NCBI GenBank assembly: GCA_963662265.2
Contig: CAXXHA010000011.1
Span: 155,611-219,610 of the forward strand
Source: Spirochaetia bacterium
GTDB taxonomy: Bacteria > Spirochaetota > Spirochaetia > CADAEX01
Reading direction: 5' to 3'
DNA: 64,000 bases
Program-made: the position numbers and the translations under genes
Notes under the pieces: model-generated
What the model was told of the DNA's origin: nothing
Seen by the model: the letters and a program-made list of their open reading frames with translations, nothing else
The model's database searches: none
In this document: positions 48,159-58,296 of the stretch, piece after piece
Layout: every line of letters starts with the position of its first letter
Numbering within the stretch: position 1 is the stretch's first letter

Positions 48159-50178
48159 ATACAATCCTGTTTATCTCTTCAAGCAGCTCCTGCTTTGATA
48201 TTTTCTTCCAGATAGGCCGTCCATGCGGGCAGAATGGTATATCTATACTGAATGCACCCTGAATAATTGCAAGCGCCTGTTCCTCTGTAAGGATATCCCC
48301 TTTCTTGACTGCTTTTTTGCAGGATACTGTGGCATAAAGGTTTTTTCTTATCTCCTCTATATTTCCGGGGGAGTCTTTTATTATTGTCATTACATCGTTT
48401 TTTATTTCAGAGCAGTAGGCAGGCATCGCATCTATGAAATAATCGCCTGTTTCATCCTTTTTAAAGATTATCCCGAGTTTTGCATAATTACTGATCATTT
48501 CTTCTGTAAAATTAAACTGATCTTCCGGGTAGAGGGGTATCAGAAGAGGCTGTATATCAGGCCTGTTTCTGCTGAGTTTTTCATATATGATTCTTTCATC
48601 TGCAGCATGCTGGTCAATAAGGTACATATCATCATCTTTTTCGCATATCAGAAAGAGGTTGAAAAGTGAGCCTATATACCGGAAATATTTTTTATTATTC
48701 TGAGATAAAGTACTGCTTTGTTTCTGAAAATCTTCATTTTCAATACGAGTGAGATCTGAAATGAAGTTTATATCATCTGTTTCTGCCGGGGAATTATTTT
48801 CTGTAATACTCTGATGATCTACACTGTATCCTGAAGTCCTGTTTTCAGATGCTTTTTTGTAAAATGATATGTTTTCCCTGTATTCTGATGAGCTGTCCCT
48901 GTTAAGAGGTCTTCTTCTGATATTGTTTTCCTGCCCTGCTACGGATGATTTTATTTCATCATCCTTAAATCCATTTGAAAAAGAACCGGTGTTTTCATGC
49001 TTATATTCATGTTTCTCATAAGCAGCTTCATTGCTGCTGAATGCAGTATCTGACTTTCCAATGTTTGAAGATATCTCTTCTATCCTTCTGACTGGAGAAA
49101 TATTTTCATGATTTCCAGTTTCTTCAAGCTCAATCTGCCTGGGGGAAGAAAAAGCATTTCTGCCGAGGTCAAACCTTACAGAAAGATCACCTGATTTAAG
49201 CTTCCCTGCAACTGTTTCTGAAAGAGCGTGATGTATTATTCTTATATTTTTTATCCGCGCCTCTTTTTTTGCAGGATGAATATTGAAGTCGACAAGTTCA
49301 GGGTCAACATCAATAAATATAACAGCTGATGGGAATACTCCCCCCGGAATAAAACTTGAATATCCGTATATAACAGCCTGCACAAGAGAATATTCCTGGA
49401 TTCTCCTCCCGTTTATATAAATGTGTATATATTTCCTGTCCTTTCTTGTCAGTTCTGGAGAGTTCAGAATTCCTTTAATTGAAAAGGAAGGTTCGGTATA
49501 TTCAATTTCACTGCACATCTTTTTCTGTTTGAAAACAGTGGGGTAGCTGAGTGCAATTCTCTCTGTCAGGTCAGATGCGGGGAGAAAAAAGGTGAGTTTG
49601 TTTTCTATGAAAAGCCTGAAAGTTATTTCCGGGTTTGAAGCTGCCTTTTCTAGAAAAGTTGTTTTACACATTCCTGTCTCTGCAGAGGGGCTCTTGAGGA
49701 ATTTTTTTCTTGCGGGAAACATATGGAAAAGTTCTTTAACAGAGACTATTGTACCTTTGTTTGCCCTGGTATTTGATATTTCATGCCTGCCGCTGTCAAG
49801 TTTGAGAGTGCAGCCTTCACCTGAGTCATCTGTTGAGGATATAATTTCTGTCCTTGCAGAGGAAGCTATGCTTGAAAGAGCCTCGCCCCTGAAACCGAGT
49901 GTGAATATTTTATAAATATCCTCTATCTGTTCGATTTTAGATGTGGCATGGGGTAGAAAGCATATTTCAAGATCCTCCCTTGTCATTCCAGAGCCGTTGT
50001 CTATTACCCGGATCTCATCCATGCCGCTCGATGTGAGGTATACATTAATTTCAGTGCTTTCTGCATCTATTGAATTATCCAGAAGCTCCCTAAGTACCGA
50101 GGAGGGCCTTTCTATTACTTCACCTGCGGCAATTTTAAGCGCTACAGATTTCTCCAGTATTTTTATTTTTGATGACAT
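48157..50178 (-). CDS. mutL: DNA mismatch repair endonuclease MutL
   Basis: IAAGEVIERP, GFRGEAL, DFNIHPAK, DQHAADER, CPHGRP. Confidence 0.96.
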   Translation of the reverse strand: MSSKIKILEKSVALKIAAGEVIERPSSVLRELLDNSIDAESTEINVYLTSSGMDEIRVIDNGSGMTREDLEICFLPHATSKIEQIEDIYKIFTLGFRGEALSSIASSARTEIISSTDDSGEGCTLKLDSGRHEISNTRANKGTIVSVKELFHMFPARKKFLKSPSAETGMCKTTFLEKAASNPEITFRLFIENKLTFFLPASDLTERIALSYPTVFKQKKMCSEIEYTEPSFSIKGILNSPELTRKDRKYIHIYINGRRIQEYSLVQAVIYGYSSFIPGGVFPSAVIFIDVDPELVDFNIHPAKKEARIKNIRIIHHALSETVAGKLKSGDLSVRFDLGRNAFSSPRQIELEETGNHENISPVRRIEEISSNIGKSDTAFSSNEAAYEKHEYKHENTGSFSNGFKDDEIKSSVAGQENNIRRRPLNRDSSSEYRENISFYKKASENRTSGYSVDHQSITENNSPAETDDINFISDLTRIENEDFQKQSSTLSQNNKKYFRYIGSLFNLFLICEKDDDMYLIDQHAADERIIYEKLSRNRPDIQPLLIPLYPEDQFNFTEEMISNYAKLGIIFKKDETGDYFIDAMPAYCSEIKNDVMTIIKDSPGNIEEIRKNLYATVSCKKAVKKGDILTEEQALAIIQGAFSIDIPFCPHGRPIWKKISKQELLEEINRIV

Positions 50179-50182
50179 AATT

Positions 50183-52387
50183 TTAAAAACTCACTTTTCC
50201 GTAAATACCTGCCTGTATGCCAAGCAGGTAAAGATTGCTGTCACTGCTGTCTGTGTTGTCGATTCTGTGCTTTTCCATGCCTACAGCAAACAATGCTCTA
50301 AGGTTCCCCTTTTCCGGGAATATAAGTGCTGATTCATGCTTTGCAAGAATTGACCAGTAATTCCTGTCATTGAAAGCTGTTTCAGGAGCTGTTGAATAAA
50401 CAGCAGATTCTGTATGCATAAAATATGCATCCGGATCATCCTCTTCGGCAAGGTATTTAAAATAAAATTTATTTTTAGGCCGGATTATCCATGTATATGC
50501 AACTGTTGCATCATCATATATAAAATGTCTGTCTTCTTCTTTCCTGTAATTTATCCTGAGCCTGTTCTCAAGCGCAAGTTCGTTGTTTTTGTAACCAGTA
50601 AAATACAGGTTGTTTGCAAGTGATATCTCCCTGTCTTCCGGTTCCAGAGTATCGACTGACTTTATCTGGAATCCGGCCCTTGTTATGAATTCATCAGTCT
50701 TATAGAAATCAAATATAGGGTTGGAACCATATCCGCCGAACAGGTTGACTGCTCTTGCTGTAAGTTCAGTACCCCATGTATATGTGTTTAAATAGCTGTC
50801 TTTCTCTTTTTTAAACTCTTTTTCAAAGTCAAAAACAATATCTGACGGGATATAAAGATCGCTTATTTCAGATCCGAAACTTCTTGTGAATGAAACAGAG
50901 AACGATGGTGTGTAAGTGCTGTTTTCAAGATAGTTTGAATCATCTGTGAATTTATCCTCAGTGCTGTCAAGGAAAAACTCGGCAAACGGAATTTCTGTAA
51001 AGAAATAGCTCTGCCTGCCGAAATCGCTGAACCACAGCATCTGGTCTTCTGCAAAATTGTCTTTCTGCACAGAAGAATGCTTATATGTGAATTCCCTTTT
51101 ATAGGAAGGTGTTACCTGCCAGTGATTATCGAAAGAGAGGTTGTACCTGGGAAATGAAACTTCAAGGCTTCCCGTGCTTGTCTGGCTCCTGTCTGCTGCC
51201 TCGCCGGAGGAGAGTGTCCCTGTTTCAATTCCAGCTGTAAAACCCCTTTTTTCGCCGCTGTATGAGTATTCAGAAGAATATTTAATTGTCCTGTCAGGGT
51301 ACGAATCATTATCGGAGGGAATGAGTGTTTTATAACTTTCAATCCAGTCTGCTGCATAACCCGAGTCGGGATCTGAATAATTGTCGGAATTCATTGTAAG
51401 GGAAAGCGATGTATCATAGCTGTGATCTGAATCATTGTCAGTTTCAAAATCTGCATTCCAGTTCTGTGTCAGGCTTTTATAGAGCAGGGTAGATGAAGTT
51501 GAAACAGAGGTGTTGAATGAATCCGGGACTTCCGCTTTCAGGTGGTTTGACTTTGAAAAAGATATTTCACCTTCATCATCTGTTTCACTGAAGCTGTCCA
51601 TGAATTCAAGATATTCAGTTCCCATCGGTGTTGTGTAGCGGTGGTCTATTGTCTGGTAGAAGTCAGGTTTGATCCATCTGAAATCAAAATTAGTTTCCAG
51701 TGTTGAATTGAGTATGCCTGTTTTTATTCCTGTTTTAGTCCTAGTATTGTTTGCGTCTGTCTTCTCGCTTAAATCCCCGCTGAAATCTTTCTGCACATAG
51801 CTGAAGTCCTCGTTAAGTGTGAGGTCATGTATCAGTGACGCGTCCCCGACTCTCCATATGTCTCCTTCAAAAGTATGTTCGAAACTTACAGCAGTTCCTG
51901 AGCTTATATTGATATCGGGATCTGAGTAGTGTATTTCATCGATATAGATTGTACCTGTTGTTGCTGTTGAAGTTACTTTAAGCATGGAAAGATCGTTGCT
52001 TGTTGAAGTAACATTAACTGCTGCATTTACATCGTGACCGTCTAGTTTTGCGGTTTCCTTGTCAAGGTCGATTGAAAGTTTACTCCATTCATTAATTACA
52101 GAACCGTCAAAGCTGCATGTAATACCTTTTCCATTGGTATCAGTGATGCTGATTGTTATATTTCCCCCTGTAAACTCAGGGACTCTTATATACATGTTGA
52201 GGTCACGGTACATGTCATAGGGGACAGGTGTGGAGTAGCCTGTAAGCTCATAGCTTCCTCCGTCCCAGCTTGATTCAAGCACTTTCTGCTCGTTTTCAGG
52301 CACCATGTTGCGGAAAAATATATCTTCGACTTCAGGATATGCGTCAATAAGCTTTTCAGGGGGGGGGGAAGTTTGAATTTCTTTCAA
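50183..52387 (-). CDS. Giant envelope/outer-membrane protein, C-terminal part (beta-barrel-like); joined to 52356-55259 across a C10 frameshift
   Basis: Amphipathic beta strands, terminal IYGKVSF; removing one C from the tract gives SNFPPPEKLIDAYPE in frame. Confidence 0.75.
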   Translation of the reverse strand: MKEIQTSPPPEKLIDAYPEVEDIFFRNMVPENEQKVLESSWDGGSYELTGYSTPVPYDMYRDLNMYIRVPEFTGGNITISITDTNGKGITCSFDGSVINEWSKLSIDLDKETAKLDGHDVNAAVNVTSTSNDLSMLKVTSTATTGTIYIDEIHYSDPDINISSGTAVSFEHTFEGDIWRVGDASLIHDLTLNEDFSYVQKDFSGDLSEKTDANNTRTKTGIKTGILNSTLETNFDFRWIKPDFYQTIDHRYTTPMGTEYLEFMDSFSETDDEGEISFSKSNHLKAEVPDSFNTSVSTSSTLLYKSLTQNWNADFETDNDSDHSYDTSLSLTMNSDNYSDPDSGYAADWIESYKTLIPSDNDSYPDRTIKYSSEYSYSGEKRGFTAGIETGTLSSGEAADRSQTSTGSLEVSFPRYNLSFDNHWQVTPSYKREFTYKHSSVQKDNFAEDQMLWFSDFGRQSYFFTEIPFAEFFLDSTEDKFTDDSNYLENSTYTPSFSVSFTRSFGSEISDLYIPSDIVFDFEKEFKKEKDSYLNTYTWGTELTARAVNLFGGYGSNPIFDFYKTDEFITRAGFQIKSVDTLEPEDREISLANNLYFTGYKNNELALENRLRINYRKEEDRHFIYDDATVAYTWIIRPKNKFYFKYLAEEDDPDAYFMHTESAVYSTAPETAFNDRNYWSILAKHESALIFPEKGNLRALFAVGMEKHRIDNTDSSDSNLYLLGIQAGIYGKVSF

Positions 52388-55259
52388 AAATTTCCCTCGC
52401 GAAAGTCACGTCTTCATTTCCTGCAGTTGCCTTGAACGGGGATGATTCAATATAAACTTCCCCGATGATAAGTTTTCCGGTAGATTCCGTTCCAGAATCT
52501 TTTACAACAACAAACCTTACATAGGAGCTGTTTGATAGCTTTTTTTTATCTTCTGAATCAAAAACATGTCTTACAAGTTTCCATGTATTATAATCATCAA
52601 GACCGCCGCCTGGTGTTACATCTTCTGTAACAATATTGTTTTTATCCTCCCTGTCCAGGATATTATTGAGGTCATTATCTTCAGTATCAAGGTAGCTGTT
52701 TCCCTGGTTGTTTTTCCCCCCGCCGCCGATAAGAAGGACTGCATTGTTTGACGAGTCATTGAAAGGGAAACCATCTGAATAAACCGAAGTTTCCCGGTCA
52801 AGTATATTGTCATTATCAATATCTTCAGATATAGAACCTATCTGCATGTAAAGCTTTGTTCCGGCATTATTTGTAATATCCTTACTTCTTATCTTGAAAG
52901 TAATTGTTTCAGCGCCGGTAAGGTCCTGTTTGGATCCGCTTTTTATGACAGGAATCTGGGCGCCGACCCATTTCTTGGATGATGGGATGTTGTATTCCAT
53001 GACCATGACCTCGTCCCTGATCCCGTCATTTTCAGCTTTTGCCGCGTAGGGTCCGGGGGGATTTCCTGTCCTGTATTCATATATCTGGTCATCAGGCGGT
53101 GTCCATGTATAGTTGTTAAGGCTTGAGCTTCCGAAGGATGTGCTTCTGTAATCCTTGTATATTATTGTTCCTCTTTCAGTTTCTGATGGTTTATATACTG
53201 ATTCAGGTTCAAATGTTTCTGGAATACTAGAGGGGAATATGGAGGTCTGTGCAAGGTTAAGCTCTATGCCGTTCTTCTGCATGTCGAAAAGACGCAAAAT
53301 CCCTGTTGTATCGGGTGATGTAAGGGATACTCCCGCGTCAATTTTAAGTTTAGTAAAATCCCTCTGGTAATCAAGCCCCCCTGTCGCAAGGATTGAACCG
53401 GGATACTGGTCAGGCTTTACTGAGTACTGGTTATCAAGTACATTCCACCTGATTCCGAATCCCAGTTCACCTGTAAGGAAGTCGCTCATGAAAAACCTGT
53501 TACCTGATGCAAAAAGGAGGTCTCCTCCCTGAGCATCCGCATACATGGTTCTGTATGTAACCTTGATGACATCGTTGGGATGGATATATGTGTTGAATGT
53601 TATGAGACCGGTGGAAAAATCTATATCATATCTTGTTTCCGTATACCCGTTTCTCATCACACTGACAGATCCCGGAATTACATCAGGATCCAGTGAATAT
53701 GAACTTACCGGGGACTGTATCTCAAGCCTCAGTTCTTTCCTGTAGCCCCCTTCAGTAGCCTCTTTTCCGGGGCCGTAGGGGGAGGATGTAAGGTTTTCTG
53801 AAGCAAGGGGATGTCTGTTATACATGTCCCTGTCGCCGTTGGAATTCACATAGAGCTGTAGCTGGCTTTGCTCAGTGTATGATTTGAATTTCAGTTCTTT
53901 GTCTATGTCTTCAGGGTCACTTGATTTATCCGAAAGTCCTAACCTTGTCTTCCAGAGCTCTGCGGGGAGTGAATATGTACTTTTATAGACTGAATATGAT
54001 TCGAAAGGGGAATATTCGTTCCTGTTGTAGATCAGCAGGGCATTTTTCCCGTCAATTGTTATTTCTTTTTCAGACATATCCTGTCCGAAATATTCACCGG
54101 CTGAAATACCGGGATAACCAGCAGGGTACCCGGCAGGATAATCTGCCATGCTGAAGTCGAAATTTACTGCTGCAGCTTCAGGATCAAGTTCATTTGATGT
54201 TGCCCCGCACAGGGCTCCCGTGCCGAGTGAAGAATGTCCGACGCTGTACCCGTTTTTTGTATAAAAAATGAGTATTCTTCCATCTGCAGGTTCTCTCATC
54301 CTGAGTGTACCTTCAGATTCAGAAAGGATGAAATCCTCGGCATCACCCTTCTTGTAGAGCCTTCCGTCGCTTCCTGTGAGGGAACCGTATTCCGATTCAA
54401 TATATACAGAAACATCTGTAATATTGCTGTCAGGAAGGATGAATAACACACCTCTCTGGTATTCATAGGGGGTAAATGTCTGCCGGATAATTTCATTTTT
54501 ACCCCTGAATTCCTTCACAACAGACTCAGAAGGGTCAAATCTCAGCATGAGTTCATGGTATGATTTTCTTGTCTGGAACGCCGCAGATGCACCGATTGAC
54601 CTGTCCGGTATTTCAGACACGGAAAGAAAGCTGTAGTCATCAATATCTATTCTTGTGTTACCTATAAGGACTGACTGGACAAACTCATCCTCTTTCCCCT
54701 GGTATCCGAGAAGGAATGTATTCTGTTCCGAATCCTCCTTGACTGTTGTTTCGAAAAAATACCTGTCCATAAGCCATAGAGACATTGTAAGGTCGGGTAT
54801 CTGCATGAACTGGAATCCCGGATCCATGTTTTCTATCGGAGTTGAAATAAATTCCCCATCAGTAAGGTTGTATCCCGCAGAACCTGCCATGAAGATGTCC
54901 CAGGTACCCTTCATGTAGAAGTCAACATCACTATCGCCTAGCTGGGTGGAGAAGATTGCTTCAGGCGCCTCCTCCTCTGTGCTGCTGTCCCTGTCTACAG
55001 AGCCGGGGCCTGTTTCCGATACCTGTCTGGAAGGAATATTTTTTGTTTTTAATGTATTGTTCCCGCTGCTGCCTGCTTCTGTGTTATTACCGGCAGAGGA
55101 TTCTGCTGTCTGCGTTTCATCGTATAGCTGGCTGTTTTCTGCACTTTCTTCCGCAGAAAGATAAAATGAGAAAAACAGAAATATAACTGCTGCAGCATAA
55201 AGCTTTCTGATAAAACGACTCCATTCAATGTTTTTCCGGTTTACAGCATTACCGGACAA
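52356..55259 (-). CDS. Giant envelope protein, N-terminal part (SprA-like motifs)
   Basis: Signal peptide (FYLSA); VIPGSVSV..YDIDFSTGLITF; GSISEDIDNDNILD; LDTEDNDLNNILD. Confidence 0.75.
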   Translation of the reverse strand: MSGNAVNRKNIEWSRFIRKLYAAAVIFLFFSFYLSAEESAENSQLYDETQTAESSAGNNTEAGSSGNNTLKTKNIPSRQVSETGPGSVDRDSSTEEEAPEAIFSTQLGDSDVDFYMKGTWDIFMAGSAGYNLTDGEFISTPIENMDPGFQFMQIPDLTMSLWLMDRYFFETTVKEDSEQNTFLLGYQGKEDEFVQSVLIGNTRIDIDDYSFLSVSEIPDRSIGASAAFQTRKSYHELMLRFDPSESVVKEFRGKNEIIRQTFTPYEYQRGVLFILPDSNITDVSVYIESEYGSLTGSDGRLYKKGDAEDFILSESEGTLRMREPADGRILIFYTKNGYSVGHSSLGTGALCGATSNELDPEAAAVNFDFSMADYPAGYPAGYPGISAGEYFGQDMSEKEITIDGKNALLIYNRNEYSPFESYSVYKSTYSLPAELWKTRLGLSDKSSDPEDIDKELKFKSYTEQSQLQLYVNSNGDRDMYNRHPLASENLTSSPYGPGKEATEGGYRKELRLEIQSPVSSYSLDPDVIPGSVSVMRNGYTETRYDIDFSTGLITFNTYIHPNDVIKVTYRTMYADAQGGDLLFASGNRFFMSDFLTGELGFGIRWNVLDNQYSVKPDQYPGSILATGGLDYQRDFTKLKIDAGVSLTSPDTTGILRLFDMQKNGIELNLAQTSIFPSSIPETFEPESVYKPSETERGTIIYKDYRSTSFGSSSLNNYTWTPPDDQIYEYRTGNPPGPYAAKAENDGIRDEVMVMEYNIPSSKKWVGAQIPVIKSGSKQDLTGAETITFKIRSKDITNNAGTKLYMQIGSISEDIDNDNILDRETSVYSDGFPFNDSSNNAVLLIGGGGKNNQGNSYLDTEDNDLNNILDREDKNNIVTEDVTPGGGLDDYNTWKLVRHVFDSEDKKKLSNSSYVRFVVVKDSGTESTGKLIIGEVYIESSPFKATAGNEDVTFAREIFERNSNFPPP

Positions 55260-55554
55260 GCTGATTATATATCAGAATAACACAAATATCATGAAAAAAA
55301 ATATTCCGGATTACAGTTATATGCCTGAAAATTGCCTGAATTTATATTACTGCAAAATAATAGTGGAAATTGAAAATACAGATTTTCTTTATGTCGGAAT
55401 TCTCTGGTTCCAGTAAATAAAACCGGACTGTGAACGAAAACGAAAATGTAAGCAGCGAGTAAGCTTATTTGAACTATTTTTATAATCTATGGTATTTAAA
55501 TTTATTTTATGATTGATGAATCGGTATAAATTTAACTGCCTGAAATTGAGAGAC

Positions 55555-56463
55555 TTATAAAAAAGTAATTTCTTTTGCCTTTATCAGGTTGAAAAGAACC
55601 CTGTTGAAAGGTACTTCGATAGAATGTTTCTCTGCAAGCTGTATTATTTTACCTGCAAACATTTCAACTTCAGTCTTCCGCCCTGCAAGAATATCCTGGC
55701 ACATTGATGTTTTTTTATCAGGTCCCAGGGAATGGAGAATTTTGTACCAGTTTTCAAGATCTTTCTCTGAAAGAGGAATATTCTCGGCATTTGCTATTTT
55801 TATGACCTCTTTCATTGTTTCATCCATCAGCCAGAGTGCATGGCTGTCATTCTGCATTATTCTGTATTCTGCACCCAGTACAGCTGATACCTGGTTTATC
55901 CCAGTGTTTATCATGAATTTGTACCAGATCTGGTACAGCATGTTGTCGGGAGTTTCCCATGCAATACTGCATTCTGTGAAAAAATCCTGAACAGGTTTCA
56001 GGTATTCTCCGCTCCTGCCGCTCCATGGCGCAAAAACAACTTTTCCCTCATTGCTGAATGATATGCTGTTTCCTTCTCTCACAGCATCCATTCCGAGAAC
56101 CATTGTGAGGAAAATATTTTCTGTCTGGAGTCCCGATTTTATTATTTCTTCAGTATCTATGCCGTTCATGACAGAGATCACAGCTGTATCTTCAGTTACA
56201 TGTTTTCTGAGGTTTTCAATAACTTCATCAAGGTGATGGTATTTTACAGCGATTATTACAAGGTCAGCCTTTATAGATGAGTCTCCCCCTGTGCATTTTA
56301 CAGGATAGTGCCTTCTGTTTATTATAAGTCCCTCTTTTTCAAGACGCTTCTGTCTTTCACCTTCGGCAAGGAAGCAGATATTTCTGTTTTTTCCGGACAT
56401 TTTATGGCTGTAAAGAGCTCCAAGTGCTCCGGCGCCTGCAAAAAGGATATTGTTGAGTTTCAT
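55555..56463 (-). CDS. panE: Ketopantoate reductase (PanE/ApbA) family
   Basis: GAGALG, AVK, MNG, WYKFMIN, KTSMCQD..AGRKTE. Confidence 0.85.
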   Translation of the reverse strand: MKLNNILFAGAGALGALYSHKMSGKNRNICFLAEGERQKRLEKEGLIINRRHYPVKCTGGDSSIKADLVIIAVKYHHLDEVIENLRKHVTEDTAVISVMNGIDTEEIIKSGLQTENIFLTMVLGMDAVREGNSISFSNEGKVVFAPWSGRSGEYLKPVQDFFTECSIAWETPDNMLYQIWYKFMINTGINQVSAVLGAEYRIMQNDSHALWLMDETMKEVIKIANAENIPLSEKDLENWYKILHSLGPDKKTSMCQDILAGRKTEVEMFAGKIIQLAEKHSIEVPFNRVLFNLIKAKEITFL

Positions 56464-56475
56464 ATTGTCGGTTTT

Positions 56476-57171
56476 TCAGTCTACCGGGGGAAACAGGTAG
56501 ATATCATCCACATTTATAGTGTTTTCCATCTGGATGGAATCAGTATATGTGTTTTCTGATATGGATTTTACATCTATTATTCTTTTATATTCCTGGTAAC
56601 CTGGTTTCCTTGCAATAATTTCGAAACGGAAATTCCCTGACAGACCGGCCTTTTCAGCCTTGATAGGCGAGGGCTGAAAAACAAAAATACCGTTTGTCGC
56701 ACCTTCTGTGATGTTCGGATTTGGAGTAGTCTTTGATGTCATTGTTGCAATTTTCTCATCAAGGTAGAGAACAACTTCAGCATTAACAATCGGTTCGAAA
56801 GTCTTCCCGTCAAGAACCTTGCCCATGATGTTTGGGAAGTTATAATAAAGACCGCTTTCCGCTTTTTCCAGGGTATCGATGCTGTGGTCAACTCCTGGTC
56901 TCTTATGCTCTGCAATTTTCGCAAAACCCTCTTTCACGAGATGATAGAGGTCGGCTGTTTCCTGCAGCTTGTTTATATAATCCATTTCGTGATGGACAAT
57001 TCCTCTGCTTGATACTGAGTATCTCGGTTTTGTATTGTTCAGTACATAACATGCAACATCAAGTTTGCACTGAATACAACTGCAGTATTTTTCCCTGTCG
57101 AAATTTTCATTACTGCAGTAATCCTCAATAATCTGTTTAACTGTATCTTCGTTTGTATTGTGTATTTCCAT
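56476..57171 (-). CDS. ComFB-family protein with C-terminal carboxypeptidase-regulatory-like domain
   Basis: HNTNED.V, CSCIQCKLDVACYVLNN..PRY, RP..H; FPNIMGKVLDGKTFEP. Confidence 0.85.
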   Translation of the reverse strand: MEIHNTNEDTVKQIIEDYCSNENFDREKYCSCIQCKLDVACYVLNNTKPRYSVSSRGIVHHEMDYINKLQETADLYHLVKEGFAKIAEHKRPGVDHSIDTLEKAESGLYYNFPNIMGKVLDGKTFEPIVNAEVVLYLDEKIATMTSKTTPNPNITEGATNGIFVFQPSPIKAEKAGLSGNFRFEIIARKPGYQEYKRIIDVKSISENTYTDSIQMENTINVDDIYLFPPVD

Positions 57172-57253
57172 ATTCAATTAAAGTTTAACAGTTGTTAATC
57201 ATATCTTCAAGAAATAAAGAAAAATAATTGAAAAATTGAACTCTTAAAACATA

Positions 57254-58015
57254 TTAAAGGTCTGTCGGAAGGTATTCGGTGTTTATATTCCATGGTGCGT
57301 TGAAAATATGTTCCCTTACATTCCTGTCCATTTTCGAAAGATCTCTTATAAAAGGCTTCATTTTCAGCCTCATGTTAGTTTCCTTGTGGGGACATTCCGT
57401 ATGGTAGACCGGCAGTTCAAGCCTTTCAGAAACAAGCGAAACCTTTTTTTCCGTTACAAGAGCCATCGGTCTTATCAGTTTCAGTTTCCCGTTGAAAAAA
57501 TCCTGAACAGGCATCATTGTCGAAAAATTGCCCCTGAAACAGAGGTTTATCAGGGTTGTTTCAATAATATCATCCATGTGATGGCCGGTTGCTATTATTT
57601 TAATATCATGTTTTTCAGCATAATCGAATAGAATACGTTTCCTGTTTCTCGCACATAGATAGCAGCTGAATTCCCCCCTGAAAGAGTCGGGATGCATCGA
57701 ATGTTTTACAGATTCATAGGGGATATCAAGCTGATCGAAAAAATCCTTAATTTCTGATGATAGTTTTTCCGGAATCGGGTATTCTTTCCAGTCAATGTGA
57801 AGCGCTTTAAGGTTATAGCTTACAGGGAGCCACTTGAGCCTGAGTGCAAGACACAGAGCAAGGACAAGAGAGTCTTTTCCTCCTGAAATTGCAAGGAGGA
57901 CATCATCACCCCCCTTTTATTCATGTTGAACCTGTTAATCCCTTTTCCTGTCTCCTTGACTATCCTGTAGAGCCAGGGGGGAGTCTTTTTCAAATGCTGC
58001 TCTGATATCCTGCAT
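57254..58015 (-). pseudogene. ttcA: TtcA-family tRNA 2-thiocytidine biosynthesis protein, two apparent homopolymer frameshifts (probably assembly errors)
   Basis: Reconstructed PP-loop ISGGKDS, CYLCARNRK, GHHMDD, LIRP, CP; shifts near 57986-57990 (A5) and 57909-57920 (G6/A4). Confidence 0.75.
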
Positions 58016-58296
58016 TTTTATATCTGTCTCCTGGTTATATGAAAATATAATATAAAGTATCAAGCTTTAATCTGATATATTCCAGTACTTAATTCAGATT
58101 AAATCTGTATGGTTTATTCAGTTATTTATACACGCAAATTAGAGATTTTGTAAATCGGAATATTAGTATTTCCAAAGAATAAAAATCCTTATTTTGAGTT
58201 TTTAAGAGTTCTTACTGTATTGAATATCATTGAAAAAAAGGTTGCAATTACAGAAATAAAACATGGATTATTTTACAAGTATTAATGCTTCAGATA

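Noticed and set aside
54106-54143. YPAG-YPAG-YPG micro-repeat in the giant envelope protein
   Set aside because: Only about 3 units with synonymous differences; a short loop duplication, not a variable-number repeat.
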